NCBI GenBank assembly: GCA_024679065.1
Contig: JAGIQG010000008.1
Span: 14,136,001 to 14,200,000, forward strand
Direction of reading: 5' to 3'
DNA: 64,000 nt
Source of the DNA: Sphyrna mokarran
Lineage: Eukaryota
Each line of letters begins with the position of its first letter. Position 1 is the stretch's first letter. Both the position numbers and the translations under genes were made by a program. Below the pieces are notes generated by a model that saw nothing but the letters and a program-made list of their open reading frames with translations, was not told the DNA's origin and searched no databases. Below, one piece after another: positions 23,449-37,079 of the stretch.

Positions 23449-25680
23449 CTGAATAAGCAAGAGACCAAATTTCAGAAAGAATTTCACAGACTTAGAGTAC
23501 GGTGCCTTACATAATTTAACTGAGAGTGTGAACAGAGCTCAGAGGAAAAGTCATTCCAATAGTAATTATTTTCTTGACTTGCTGCAGTTTCATGAGTTTC
23601 CCAGAATTAAGTGGTAAAATTAGCAATCTATTTAAGCTCCAAACCTTTGGCAAGGATACTATAAAAGCTTTATCCATTCAATTAAATTTCCTGACAGAAA
23701 AGGGCACTTTCAGTATTCAAGTGGTTTAAACAATTTACTGTTAAACATCAATATTTCATATTTTATCCATTTCTAGGAAGGCTATTTTTGAACTACTAGA
23801 TAATCTTTGAACAGTTAAGGTAGCAGTACAAATGAGTGAGCACTTACATTCCAAAACACATCTTAATCTACTGACAACAATAAATGAAGACAATATCAAA
23901 TGTTAATTCAAATAATGAGTGGAAATTAATTTTTTTTGAGTTAATAATGACAGGCTCAGTCAAATACCAAACAGAAATGGTTAGAGTCCTTCTTGCTGAA
24001 GACAGTCATTACATGGGACATCTGTATTCTTTCGAGCAGAAGTAAAATGAGCAAGGCATTGAGTAAATAACATTTAGCTCATTGCATAGGAGAATACATA
24101 TTGCAGTGCCTTACATAGCAAGTTTGCACAGTATAGTAAAGGCTCACTTTATCCTGGATCTTAATCACACTTCTCATTGAACTTTGCAGACTACTTTATA
24201 GAATAACTGTCTAGTTTGCCAAGTATCTGGAATTGGTCATTTGATTTGACAACTTCCCAAAATCTTGCACTTTGGTCATACTGCTATCTGTCTACATATC
24301 ATAAACACATTACTGTGGTCATTGGCCAAATAAACATCATGCTCACTTTTACTGATGCCAGCTTTTTACTCCCAAATTTTAAAGAATGGCATTCAAATTC
24401 TCAAACTACTACAAACTTCCATTCTTAGTGCAGACTCTAACATACAAGTCCAGTAGCATAGTCACTGCATCCAAAGTTAAATTATATATTCAGAGGATAA
24501 TAAAAGCAAAATACTACAGATACTGGAAATCTGAAATAAAAACTGAAAGTGTGGAAAACACTCAGCATGTGTAGCAACATTGGTGGAGAGAGAAACTCGA
24601 GTTAATGTTTTGAGATATGACATCATATATTATGATGGTTCCAGTATGAAAGACATCACAAAACAAAACAAAAAGGGCTTGTTTCAAGTTCTACAATAGG
24701 CAACAGCTTGGGAGAAAACATCAGTCATTTTAAACTGGTAATAAATTGAGAAAAATAAATATTCATTTCTAGGCTCAATAGTTTGGAATTCTTTAGCTCA
24801 AATTTATGGCAATGTTCAAATAATCAATATTCACAATAAAGTCAGTCAAACATCAGGATTTGCTTAAATACTACAATACATTTCCCCATTCCTTTGAAAT
24901 ATCAAAGTAACAAAAAAAAAAACAAATTCTTCTCATACCATAACTAATTTACCTTTTCTCTCATACTTTCTGTGCTATTCTAACTTTAATTGGTCTACTT
25001 AATCTGACAATTCAAGTTCTCTACATCACATTTATTTGGGGCAAAAAAAATTCTTTTAATTCCTCTTTTTGGAAATGGAAGCAACCTTTAAAAATAACTT
25101 GGATTGGATGTGTTAAAGAATGGCCTAAAAAACCAGCTTTTCAACTCATTCAAAGCCAAAAAATTTAAATTAGTCATTATACCCTGACCATTTCAATGAT
25201 TGATGTGTCTACCTATCAAGAGACGATGGAATTTCCAATGTTAAAAAAAAGTTGCTGACGCCTTAGAGAAAAAGAGCATGTCCATGATGTGCAAAAAGCT
25301 TATTCTTCTCAATACTGAATGTATATTTTAGACTGGTATGCTAAAAATACAATTTGACTTACATTGATGTGTTGGCATTGCAGTTTGGCAAATCTTTAGT
25401 CTTTCATCAAGGCTCAGGATCTTTGCTCAAAGGAATTAACCCCTTCTCATGTTTAGCATCCAATATCAAATAAAGCATTCCATTTTATTCACAGAACATC
25501 TGGCCAAGAGCTTTTAACAAGATTAGCAATTTGCAGCGCCTAAACTGACCAATGTTTTTGTTTCTTATTGGCGTCCTCTCACCCTATTAACATATTCTTC
25601 TCTTCATGGGCTTATCCAGCTTGACCTTAAATGGATTTATACTATTTACCTCAGTCACTCCATCTGGTAGCAAATTGCAT

Positions 25681-26263
25681 GATGTAGAGATGCTGGCGTT
25701 AGATTGGAGTAACCACAGTAAGAGGTCTGACAACACCAATTTTAAATCCAACCGATTTATTTGATAGTAAACTCGTAAGCTTTCGGCTTTTGTAGCCTTC
25801 CTCAGGCGAATGAGGTGTTCTGGTCTGCAACAGCACACATATCAGCACATACAGTTTACAGATTGCTGATTAGAATGCGAATCCTTACACCTAACCTGCT
25901 ATTCAAGTCTTAAAGTGGCTAACAATGTGAGTGGAAGGAGCATTGAGCACAGGTTAGAGAAATGTGTATTGTGTCCAGACAGCACAGTAAGTGAGGTTTT
26001 TGCTAACCCAGGTAAGTCATGGGGGTTACAGATAGTATGACATGTCACACTATCTCACATTGTTAGCTACTTTAAGACTTGAATAGCAGGTTAGGTGTAA
26101 GGATTCGCATTCTAATCAGCAATCTGTAAACTGTCTGTGCTGATACGTGTGCTATTGCAGAGCAGAACACCTCATTCACCTGAGGAAGGCTACAAAAGCC
26201 GAAAGTGAATTTACTATCAAATAAATCAGTTGGATTTAAAATTGGTGTTGTCAGACCTCTTAC
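25681..26263. mobile_element. PLE-derived fold-back element (inverted pLTRs) with hammerhead cores
   Basis: About 210-bp inverted arms 25718-25931/26054-26263, 37-nt tail, perfect 12-bp TSD AGCAAATTGCAT (25669-25680/26264-26275); homologous to 1121-1450. Confidence 0.88.
25771..25811 (-). ncRNA. Minimal hammerhead ribozyme motif, sense to ARID2 pre-mRNA
   Basis: ATTCGC-CTGAGGA-A-GGCT-ACAAA-AGCC-GAAA-GC-TT-ACGAGT: intact core, perfect stem II, one mismatch at the core-proximal pair of stem I. Confidence 0.55.
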
Positions 26264-27344
26264 AGCAAATTGCATACCCAGCATTTTGAATGAACAAGCC
26301 ACTCAAATTTCTTACTGGATTTATTAATGTCTATTTTACATTTATAACCTCTAATTTTAGACGCTCCCAGAAGTGGAAACATCTTCTCTACGCCAATGTA
26401 ACAAACCTATTCATAATTTCTGGCCACATCTGTGTCTTCACTAGAGCCCTTAACTTTTCAGTCTTTCCTAACTCAAATTTGATATCATCCTGGCAAATTA
26501 TTTTTGCACTTTCTCCAATGTTAACATGGCATGACCATTTCAGTAGTAAAACAATGGTGTGGCATGGGCATTTTTGGACCAGGATCTGAATGTATTTCAC
26601 GTATAGGAATATTAGTCTGTAAAAGGAAACACCATCTTTAATGGATTTAATTCAGATCCCAGAGATGAACAAAAAATGCACTAATCCAGTTTCACATTTG
26701 TTTTTACTACCAAATATTTGACTTAACATTTCATTGTATGTCATATTCATGAGCTAAATTTCTTTTTCAATCCACCAAAAAAAAAATCAACTATATTAAA
26801 TATAAGCAGAACAGATTAAATACTGTTAATAATCTCAAAATCACCTTGATAAAGACTGATTTTCCAAACAGTTCAAAGTGGGACCTGACAGCTATCAAAT
26901 CAAAATATAGTCTATAAGTTCTTTAAATATTCAATCCAACCATCATATTCATTTTCAGACATAATTTTAAAGAACTTTTTCTTTCGATCTCCATGGAGTG
27001 ATACTAACTTTTCATAATTATTTAACTTGTGAAACACTACAAAAAATAAACATACAAGTATATTTTATGGCATGACCTATAAGAGACTGATTGTATCCAA
27101 AATCAAGTTTCAGTAAATTTTAAGTCTTCCATACCTCTAGCTATTAAATAATTTACAACAGCCAAAGATTTTGGCTAATTTTATAAAGAGGAATGTAATA
27201 AAAACAAGAATACAATAATGTTTTTTAGCTACTATTCTACACTTCCTGTATCCTAAAGTGGACAGTATGTACAATGTTGAAACTTATATTTGCAAAAAAG
27301 TATCAAAATACTGTTTTAGACAAGTTTCTTTTTTTTTATTATTC

Positions 27345-27695
27345 TTTCATGGGATTATGGGCATCACTAGCAAGGCCACTATTTATTGCTCACCCCTAAC
27401 TGCCCTTGAACTGAGTAGTTCTTCAGATCAATTCAAAGGATACTTAAGAATAACAATATTGTGTTGGTGTGCATTCACCTATAGGTCAGATTTCCTTCCC
27501 CAAAGGACATTAATGCACAAGATGAGTTTTTACGACTATCAGTGTAGATTCATGCCTGATGCTTCCAAAGTGACCAATTAATTGAATTTAAAACAGTTGC
27601 CATGGTGGGATTTAAATCTGTGTGCCCAAAAAAAATTAGCCTGGGCACCTGGATCACTCGCCCAATGACATTAACACTAGCCCATTATCTCTCCA
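27345..27695 (-). mobile_element. tRNA-head SINE of a second, older family (related copies about 39485-39930, 40290-40575, 58680-59030)
   Basis: Shared TTCATGGGA...GGCATCACT...GGCCA...ATTTATTGC tail and A/B-box-like head on the minus strand. Confidence 0.5.
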
Positions 27696-27755
27696 ATCAG
27701 TACAGTTGAAATACGTAATTATTGTATTACATTTTCCTTCACCATTTATACTTAC

Positions 27756-27828
27756 CACTGGCAGCCAAATTTTTCACTGTCAACTTCTGGTCCTGGAGGT
27801 GTAACTAATGCAGAGCCAACTCTTGCTG
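27756..27828 (-). CDS. ARID2: ARID2 exon (12 equivalent), 73 nt
   Basis: AARVGSALVTPPGPEVDSEKFGCQW; CAGCAG tandem acceptor, GTAAG donor. Confidence 0.9.
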
Positions 27829-28749
27829 CTGTGCAAATGAGTAAGAACAAAAGATCAATGATGTGGGGTGGTGGTGGCTGGGGTAAAAGGGAAGAGTAAT
27901 GAAAGAATACCATCATACATTAATGAAGTCATATGGGACAGATTGTTTTGCTTTGTTATAAACAGTAACTTAAACATTTTTATATATGTATGTAGTTAAT
28001 TACCCTTGTATTTATTTTACACCTATACTTCCAACTAGAAAAAAAAGGGAAATTAGTCCTCATTGTAAATTCTGTTCTCCAAACACAACTTTGCATATAA
28101 ACACTTGGGTTTACCTGATTGTATGCATGTTGGTAGATATTCTGAAATGTACCCACATGCTCTGAAATGACCTTCTGCATAGTAAGTGGCGCTCCCTCCC
28201 ATCAATGCTGGAGAAGAGTTAGAGATTACTCATTGAAATGACGTGGAGTCTCAGCACCAGCAGGTGGTGCCACAGGCTACGAGGATAAAATTCTCATTTC
28301 TGGAGATCATTTGGCCAATACTGGAAGGAGAGATACAAGGACTAGAAGCAATATATTTTTTAAACTAGAAGTATTCCTCTGTTTCTCTCACTCAGCTCAC
28401 TGCTATCTGCTCAGAACCACACTGGCAAAGAATTTCAGTCAGGTCAATCATCAACTCTTTACAGCTGCCAGCCTTTTAACCTTGTTATCTATTGTAACTA
28501 TCACTGATAGGGAAATCTCTGATTATTTTTAAAAATCGCTTTCTACTTCTACCCTTTTCCCAGCAACTTAATTTCATTCTGTGCTGTCTCTCCCACCTAC
28601 CTAGGAAAAAAAAAATTCCCTCAAGTTTAATACCACCGTATCTTCATATTTCCAACTAGCTAGATTTTGTTCTGCAATTTGTCATTGCATTTTTGCAGTT
28701 ACTAGTTTTGTAAAATTACAAGCCTTCATTTTTGGTTCTCTTGTCCCAG

Positions 28750-29900
28750 TTTAAAAACCATTAAACGCTCATCTCCATCCCTCCTCTGGTGTACCTCTTA
28801 CATTCCAACAGTTCAAGTCTAAAGGGAAACAGACTTGAACATCTTTGGCAGACAATTGGTTTTGTAATCCCTTGTCGAATCTGACTGGATCACATAAAGC
28901 ATCATTAACGTCTGACATCCAATTGTTCAAAGATATCCAGGAAGTAAGGATAACACCAAACTTCTCTTTACTACCACAAATTGTCTTCTTAAACCATCCT
29001 GACATGCCTTCTCCATCCTCATCTCTAACATTAAGTGCAAGCTCAGGAATAAGTTTGCTACTTGGTACGAGATCAAGACCATCCATTCAGTTGCCTCTGA
29101 AGATTCCTACCCTCTCCTAGCTCACCGGGTCAAACTTCCTCAAAAGGTCGCTTGTTCAAATCCAGAATTCCATCTTTCTCTAGTTTCTCTCCCATCTTTC
29201 CCCCATGCTTCTCACAGCTCATCTTGCTGATGAGACCCATTGCCTTTTTTCCAGTCACTACTTGTAAGAAACTGCTGGTCACCACACTTGTCTTCCTGGC
29301 TTCTATTTTGCTGATATTGTTAAAGCCTTTCTTACTTTACATACTGTACATTCTCCATCAAATCAGCTGTCAACATCTTCTCCTCAAAAAAAAAAATTCC
29401 AGGATTTCTCCATCCTGCAAAATACAATTCCTGTAACTTATTTGTTAAGTCCTTGAACTTATCATCAGCTCCTATAACCGTGTTCACTTTCCTCAATCAT
29501 TCCTGCCACAGTGCAATAACTGCTTATCAAAGTCACAAATGACATCTTAGCTGACTTGAAAAAAAGTAAACTCTCCCTTCTAGAACCAGCTGCATAAAAA
29601 CTGATCACAAAATTCTCCTCCAACACCTTTCCATCATGATCCAATTGAGTGGAATGTGACTCACTTGCTTTAATTCCATCTATCCAGAGCATCAATGGTA
29701 ATGATTTCTCTTTCTACTCCCATAACTTTACCTCATCACATGTGCCCAAGAATTTACCCTCAGACTCTTCCTGCTTCTCACCTGCAAACTACCCTTGGGC
29801 AATATCTGAAGATTCAGCATCAGTTTCTACACATATGCCATTGTACACAGTTTCAATGCTCCTTCCAAGCTATTTGAATGTATGGCTCACTACAGGTCAG
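28750..29900 (+). mobile_element. Old L2-type LINE fragment (continues about 31840-32710)
   Basis: Decayed L2 ORF2 motifs (ACTGCTTATCAAAGTCACAAATGACATC = ALIKVTNDI-like; GTGCCCAAG). Confidence 0.55.
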
Positions 29901-29904
29901 AACT

Positions 29905-31640
29905 CACTTCTTCTTCGGCAGTCCCTCAGGGTTGAGGATGACTTGCCTCCACTCTGAAGAGGTAGATTTTGCAGTGAGCGAATAGTTCAATCCTGGAATT
30001 GCAGACTCTGTCACAGGTTTGGCAGGTGGTTTGATGAGGTGGGATGATCTGGATTCTGCACTTTTTCTCTATTGTTTAAACTTGGCCTCCACAGACTCCA
30101 CCTGGTGGCAGGAGGTGATTGGCACCTTCATGGATTCTTCTCCAGTTTGTGTGCTCTTAGGCAAGCAATTCACATGCATCAATGAGGATGTTGCATTGAT
30201 TTAGGGAAGTGTTCAGACAGTGTTCTTGCTATGTTTCCTCTGCCCTCTTAGTGACTGCTTGCTATTGTGGAGCTTGGAGTAGAGCACTTGTTTCAGGATT
30301 TTACTGTCGGACACATGGTCATTGTGGCCCGCTCATTGCCGCTGGTTGAATATGACCAGTGCCTCAATGCTAGGGATATTGGTCTGGGAGAAGACGCTCA
30401 GATTGGTTATGTCTCTCTTGCCAGTGGATTTGCAGGATTTTGCATAAGCAAAAACGTAGGCAATATTAATTGTATCTCTCCAGGGATTTGAGGTATCTGC
30501 CATATATTGTCCATGTTTCTGTTGCATACAGGAGAGTGCAGATCACAGTTGCTCTGAAGTCCATAAGGTTGGTGCTGGATTTGAGGGCTCAGCTTTCAAA
30601 TGTTCTGTTCCTCAGATAACGAAGACTGCTGCTTGCTGCACTTTTCACGTGCTGACGATCGTGTCCATTGTGCCTCTTGATGGGCAGAATCTGCACTGAA
30701 ACTCAGACAAGAGCTCTTCAGCTATTGGGCACGTGAGGAGGATTCTCATGATGACTTTTCTTGTGGTGGAGAGAATGGAAATCCGTTTGTAATTTTCACA
30801 ATCAGACCCGTCTCTTTTCTTGAAGATGCTAACAACTAATGCATCTGAGATCTCCTGACATGCTCTCTTTCTTCCAGACAAGGGTGATGAGATTGTGGAT
30901 TCTTGTCAAGAGTGCCTTTCCTTTTGCGGAGATACCACCTGTGTACAATTTTGGTCCCCTTATTTAAGAAAGGGCATACTAGGTTTGGAGGGGGTGCAGT
31001 GAAGGTTCACCAGGTTGATTCCAGAGATGAGGAGGTTAGCTAATGAGAAGAGATTGAGTAGACTGGAGCTGTACTCACTGGAGTTTAGAAGGCTGAGGTG
31101 AAATCTTATACAGGCATATATAATGAAAGGGCTAGACAGGATAGAAGCAGTGAGATTATTTCCACTTAGAATGGAAAGAAGAACTAGAGGGCATAGCCTC
31201 AAAATATGAGGGAGTCAACTTAGAACAGAGTTGAGGAGGAACTACTTCTCCCAGAGGGTAGTGAATCCTTGGAATTCTTTGCGCATTGAAGCAGTGGAAG
31301 CTACCTAGTTAAATATGTTTAAGTCACAGATAGACTTCACCAATAAGAGAATTAAGGGTTACAGGGAGCAGGCGGTAAGTGGAACTGAACCACTATCAGA
31401 TCAGCCATTATCTTATTGAATGACAGGGCAAGCTCAAGGGGCTACATGGCCTACTCCTGCTCCTACTTCTTATGTTCATCTGTGCTGGAGACCTTGTTGT
31501 TTTTCAGCTGTTAGATTGTTTGTTTGACCTCACAGTAAGTTGGGTTGTGCTAAGATAGTGGTGGGTAGTGTGTTGTGGAACGCAGTTGAGGGCACTTGAG
31601 TTGAAGGCTGCATTTTGGTTGAGGGTGCAGCAGCAAACAC
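29905..31640 (-). mobile_element. RTE-type LINE fragment, split by a CR1 insertion
   Basis: DALVVSIFKKRDGSDCENYKRISILSTTRKVIMRILL...ELLSEFQCRFCPSRGTMDTI RT N-terminus; CTTCTTCTTCGGCAGTCCCTC...GAGGATGACTTGC 3' end. Confidence 0.7.
30944..31477 (+). mobile_element. CR1 LINE 3' fragment nested in the RTE
   Basis: VQFWSPYLRK...FTRLIPEMRRL...LYSLEFRRLR and tail GGCCTACTCCTGCTCCTACTTCTTATGTT. Confidence 0.85.
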
Positions 31641-32049
31641 CACGCACAAAAGAAGCAGTCGCTTTAAGATATGGTGATAATTTTAAAAGGGACCACACAA
31701 TAGGAAATTAGTCAGAACACTGCCCAGTTCTACCTCATCTCCACCTCTTTCAATCATTCAGGTTTCTAAATAATCGTATTACTTATACAGTACTGGATAA
31801 ATATACATAAATACTAAGATGATAAAGGGCATTGTCTTCTGTCTATGTTATAAACTTTGTTTCTTAGCCAATGACTACATCCCTTTTCCTGGCAACCATC
31901 CAAAATTGAACCAGACTGTGTGCAATCTCATGCCAAAATGAGCTTTTTAGCACATCACTAAGATTGTTCAGTTCCAGCTCCATAACATCACCCAACTCAG
32001 GCTCAGCTTACCAGCTACAAAACTGTCATCCATGCCTTTATCACATCTA

Positions 32050-32265
32050 GACTTGATAATTTTAAACACACTCCACGACTTGATAATTTTAAACACACTC
32101 CACGACTTGATAATTTTAAACACACTCCACGACTTGATAATTTTAAACACACTCCACGACTTGACAATTTTAAACACACTCCACGACTTGACAATTTTAA
32201 ACACACTCCACGACTTGACAATTTTAAACACACTCCACGACTTGACAATTTTAAACACACTCCAC
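32050..32265. repeat. 27-bp minisatellite, 8 copies (GACTTGAYAATTTTAAACACACTCCAC)
   Basis: Four copies with T then four with C at unit position 8, otherwise identical. Confidence 0.97.
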
Positions 32266-35200
32266 GCTGATCTCTCACATTCTAATCTCCACAAACTCTG
32301 CTGCCCATATCCTAACTCAACTTCCTCTATGCTTGCCTAACCAGAGTGGCTCCCAGTTAAACAATGCTTCAGTTTTAAAATTCTTATCTTTGTTTTCAAG
32401 CTTCTACGTGGCACGACCACCTCCCTATCACTGTGATTTCTTCTGAGTTTACAATTATCCCCTCCAACCATGTCCAAGGCCTCAGAGCTCTGCCAATCCT
32501 GGACTTTTGAGCACTATCAATTTTATTCACTCTGTTACTATTGGCCTTGTCTTCTCTGCCTAGCCCCTATGCACCAAAATGTCCTCAATAAACTTCTGTA
32601 TTTTACTTTCCTCCTTGATGTCAGGTTTTTTTAAAAAAAAATCAGGTAACACTTAACACATCTTGAGAGATTTTGTTACCTTAAAAGGTATTACATAAAT
32701 GCAAACTATTGTTTTTGCAGTTAGTATTTGGCATAGAGTTTAAGGTCATGAAAAGTTATTCTTTCAGGCCATACAAATTAGCTTTCTATTGCCAATTACA
32801 TCTAGCTGAACATTAAGAGAATAAAACAAAATTCTACAAGGAAAATACACCTTTGGTAATTAGCTGCTGGTGAGTAGAGTTGAAACAAGCCACAAATTAA
32901 TCAGCAAGAAAGCAAAGGAAGAAACAAAGATTGCAGATGAAGGAGGCAATATTACTGGAAAACTGTTTAGTGTTTTGCTTTTCAGCTTGCAAAAGATTAA
33001 AAAGCAACTTGCCCCATCATAACACACAATTGTTTATTTTTTCAGCTTGAGTACCTGTTAAAGCAATTGCCTTTCCCTTGGCACTACCCAACCACCACCT
33101 CTCCCATACACACCATTTCCCCTCCCCACAAGAGTGTCAAAATACTTTGCTGAGAGAGGATCAACAGGTTTGTGCCAGAAAACCATTCTTTGGAGAACAG
33201 AAATTACAATGGGCAACTTCCATTTCTCCTTCAAAAGCAGATCTTCCATCTATGGAAGGTAGATCAATGGGGACAGAGAAGTGCATATCCAAATATCAAA
33301 TTAAACAATTATCACAGTGAACAAATCCCTACTGCCCAATTTAAGACTATAATGCTTCTAAATTTTGTTGTAAGTTTATATTTTCTCCCCTTACACTTTT
33401 TCAGGTCTCCCCTCGCCACAGACCATTCTCCAAGTCACGAGGAAGTGCATGAACATGGCCCCGGGGAAAACATCCCTCCAAATTTTCCTTCCTCTCTGTG
33501 AGAATGTGCCTGGTCTCTGCTGTTGAACAAAGAAAGATGGCAGTCATTTTCCAGCAGCCATACCATGGTTCACGTTGGTTCGGAATAAAAGGCCAAGTGG
33601 CAGGCCTGGGATGAAGCCAAATAACTCGAAGGTTAAAAATCCAAATTGCAACGGAGATTGACAGAACAAGAACATCTAGGGACGGAACATTAATTGATCA
33701 GTTATCCAAATGGTCTTTACTAGCTGCTGCCCTAGACAGCCTGGTATCACTAATATTTTCTGAACATCAATCTAGCCAACAGCTATCAACTTTGTACTAC
33801 TAATAATTTTATGACAGAGGTGCTGATAGTGCAAAGAAATTTTGAAATAGTTATCAGGTGAATCTACAGAAACTAGTAACTGGACATTTCTGATGCTTTT
33901 GTCTATGTGATTTAAAATTTAGTTTGTCTGAGGCATTGCTTTCATCCTTTCACACTGAACCCATTGCAGAACAGAACCTTCCTACAGCCACTGATCTGAG
34001 GCAAAACAACCCAGCAAGGACATGGGAATGATTTGAAGATCCTGTTGTTTACTTGGCTCATAACAAGGGAAATATGTCTACTTGGAACCATCCAGCGGCA
34101 CAAAGTTACGATTACTAAAAGAAAAGGCAGAACTCTTGAGCAAAGAAGGATGAGGCATTAGGAAGAAGAAATTGGGCAATATGGGTTTAAGATCTAAGCC
34201 AATAGGGAGGAAACAACCCATACCATGCAGGGGGTCTTGTGGCAAAAAATAAAGTGCAACTTTCTACATATTCAATGTTGTACATGTACAGTTAGGGAGA
34301 CCCAAGTGTTTGTATGTGGAAGATATAAATCTGAAAAGAAAAAATTAAATTAAAAAAACCACGGAAACAAAATAGTTCACACAAAATTTACAGATGTCAC
34401 ACAGGCAAAATTTTTGTGATTTTATTAAGTGAAGGGAAAGTTTATTAAATACTTCCCAATTCAATATTTAAAACTAAAAACTCTTAACGATCTGCTAGAT
34501 CATCATAAATTCATTCAGATATTTTCTTTCTCATGTTGACAACTGCAGGTCAGTTGGAATCCAAGCTGATCCATTGGTATGGTTTTGAAGACAGTCCACA
34601 TACACATTGGTACTCGAGAATGAAATACTTGCTTAAGGGCATCTTCCGTCAGCATCAAGCACATTCGGACACAAAGTATGGTCTGTCAATTTGTGCTGAA
34701 CTGAATACAGTTGAGTTGTGGGCGTGCAGCAACTAGCAAGGAGGTAGAGTTTAAATGGATCCACATAACCAAGAGATTGGAGACTTTAAATGTGAGCCAC
34801 AATTATATTTGAGCATTAATTTTAATCATCAGTTATCCTTATTGAGGAAAATCTCAGTCAATATCTCATTTAATAACTAAACAGATAGATGCAAAGTGCT
34901 GCGACCAACAACCTTTATTATGCTTGGCTGTGTTTATAAGAAGTTTGCTAAATGCTTGGAAGTTTTTGCTTTAGGAAGTGAAGCTGACAACACAAGGCAA
35001 GATACAAGCAAAGATAAATTTATGGAGTCGTACATCTTTACACAGGGTTATTACCATATTGACGGCAACTACCTCTGTTCTATGCTCTCAGTACCAACAA
35101 TAATCAGTTCAAATCCCTGAATTTGAAACTTTCCCAATTTTCTCCCCTTCTGAAGGGGAGCTGCGACACAAGTTGCTGGCAGATTGTAGTTGGCCATTCA

Positions 35201-35415
35201 GCAGGTGCAAATTGGCAGATTATGTGGCTTCAGTAGGCATCATCAAAAATCTGTTCATGTTCAACCATGCCTGAACACTTCCCAAATGGAAATGAAAATA
35301 AAAACTCAAGATTGACAAATAAAACATCAGAATATTCATCCATATGGTTTGATTTAACAGGACTTTGAATTTCAAATTTCAGGCCTTTTAAATTTTACCA
35401 CAACTAGTCACGTAC

Positions 35416-35586
35416 CTGTCACTGATGTGACGTGCGTTGGTACATGCGGCAAATGTTCCATTGCTTGTGGCCTGATCTCTGAGATTACTTGATGGTTAGA
35501 ACTTTGATACTCAATTAGTTTCACTGCAGTAGGTGCATCAGACTCAAACGATTGGATATCCACTGACACAAGACAGACTAACATAT
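35416..35586 (-). CDS. ARID2: ARID2 exon (11 equivalent), 171 nt
   Basis: [45 protein letters not shown]...; AG 35587-35588, GTACGT donor. Confidence 0.95.
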
Positions 35587-36069
35587 CTGATAAGAAAAAA
35601 GAAATTGCTTAACAAACCAGACCAAAACTAAAGTGGAACATGGTTTCAGTAATTGTTTTCTAACTTTAAATGGCCAAGTTTTGATGATGAAACTGGTTAA
35701 CAAATATAATACCTGCTAGCCGTGTTAAATTGAGAACATGTAATGAAGGGTTAAGTTCACACCAGCTCCCGCACTGGATCCCACCCCCCCACACACACAC
35801 ACACACACGCACACATATATTCCACCAGATTTGGGTGGGAGATTTTGTTGTAATAATTTGCTTTTTGAAGACTTGTCTCTGCACTTGTAAGGACACCGTA
35901 TTATCACATTTTGCACAACAATTTCCGGTAAGACTAATTTCTGATTGAAAATTAATTTATTTTATGGTTTTTTTTACCCTTCATTTAGCTCATGAACAAC
36001 TGTATACAATTTGCCCTGCTGCACCTCACTTCAGAATCTCCAGAAACATCAAAGAATCACAAATAAAAA

Positions 36070-37060
36070 CATTCCAACAGCTTTCATAGCATTTAGTGTA
36101 ACAAAATATCCTGACGTGCTTTACAGGAACATTATAAAATAAAAAATAACACTAAAAGACACAAAAGCAGATATTAGGCCACTACTGTCTCAGGTCTTAG
36201 AAGGTTGTGGGCCTGAAGGTAACATGGATAAAGAGAGGACAAAGTTATGGAGGAATCTGAAAACAAGGATGAGAATTATGAAGTCAATAATTGATGGGAG
36301 CCAACGTAGGTCAACCTCACAGGAGTGATAGGAAATAGAGTTAGCTGAGAGTTAAGATGGGCTAGTAGTGTTTTTGAATACCTCACAACTATGCAGGCAA
36401 AATATGAGAAACCAACCAAGGGTGCATTGGAATAGTTGAGTCTAGAAGTAATGAGGCATCAAAAGGGTTTCAACAGCAAATGCGTTGAGGCAGGAGTAAA
36501 GTCAGGCAATGTTACAGAGGTGGAACTAGGTAGTCTTAATGATGGCAGAAATAAGGGGTTGGAATCTTATCTTTGGATCAAATATGACATAAGGATTGCA
36601 AACAGACTAGCTTAATCTCAAACCATTCCCACTGACAGTGATGGAGTCAGCAATTAGAGAAGAGTTTGGAGTTGGGACCAAAACAATGGCTTCAGCGTTT
36701 CCCAGTATTCAACTAAAAGAAATTTCTGCTCGTCCACTTCTCGATGTCGAACAAACAATCAGATAATTTATAATGGAAAAGGAATCTAGAGAGAGGTGGT
36801 GGGGAGATAAAGCTGGGTGCTATGTCTTCAAGAGGCAGTATGTAGATGAGAAGTAGGAGATCGATTCTTGGGTATTGCAAGACAGACTGTACGGGAGTAA
36901 GGAAAGTCACTGCAAGTGGTTCTTCAGCTACAATTGGATAGTTATGAAGCAAGGTGAGGGCAGTTCTGATCAGCTGGATAATAGGTGTTAAAGAAGAGAA
37001 CGGTGTGGTCAAACATAACAAAGGCTGTAAACAGATTGAAAAAGACAAGGAAGAAAAGTT
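36070..37060 (-). mobile_element. Old L2-type LINE fragment
   Basis: Minus strand ...LQYPRIDLLLLIYILPLEDI RT remnant and L2-like 3' tail; inverted relative to the adjacent plus-strand L2. Confidence 0.55.
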
Positions 37061-37079
37061 TACTTTCTTCAGTCTATGA

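Noticed and set aside
31968-32340. Repetitive ORFs or a CRISPR-like array
   Set aside because: Head-to-tail 27-bp tandem repeat with no spacers, in eukaryotic intronic DNA; the ORFs arise from a stop-free unit divisible by 3
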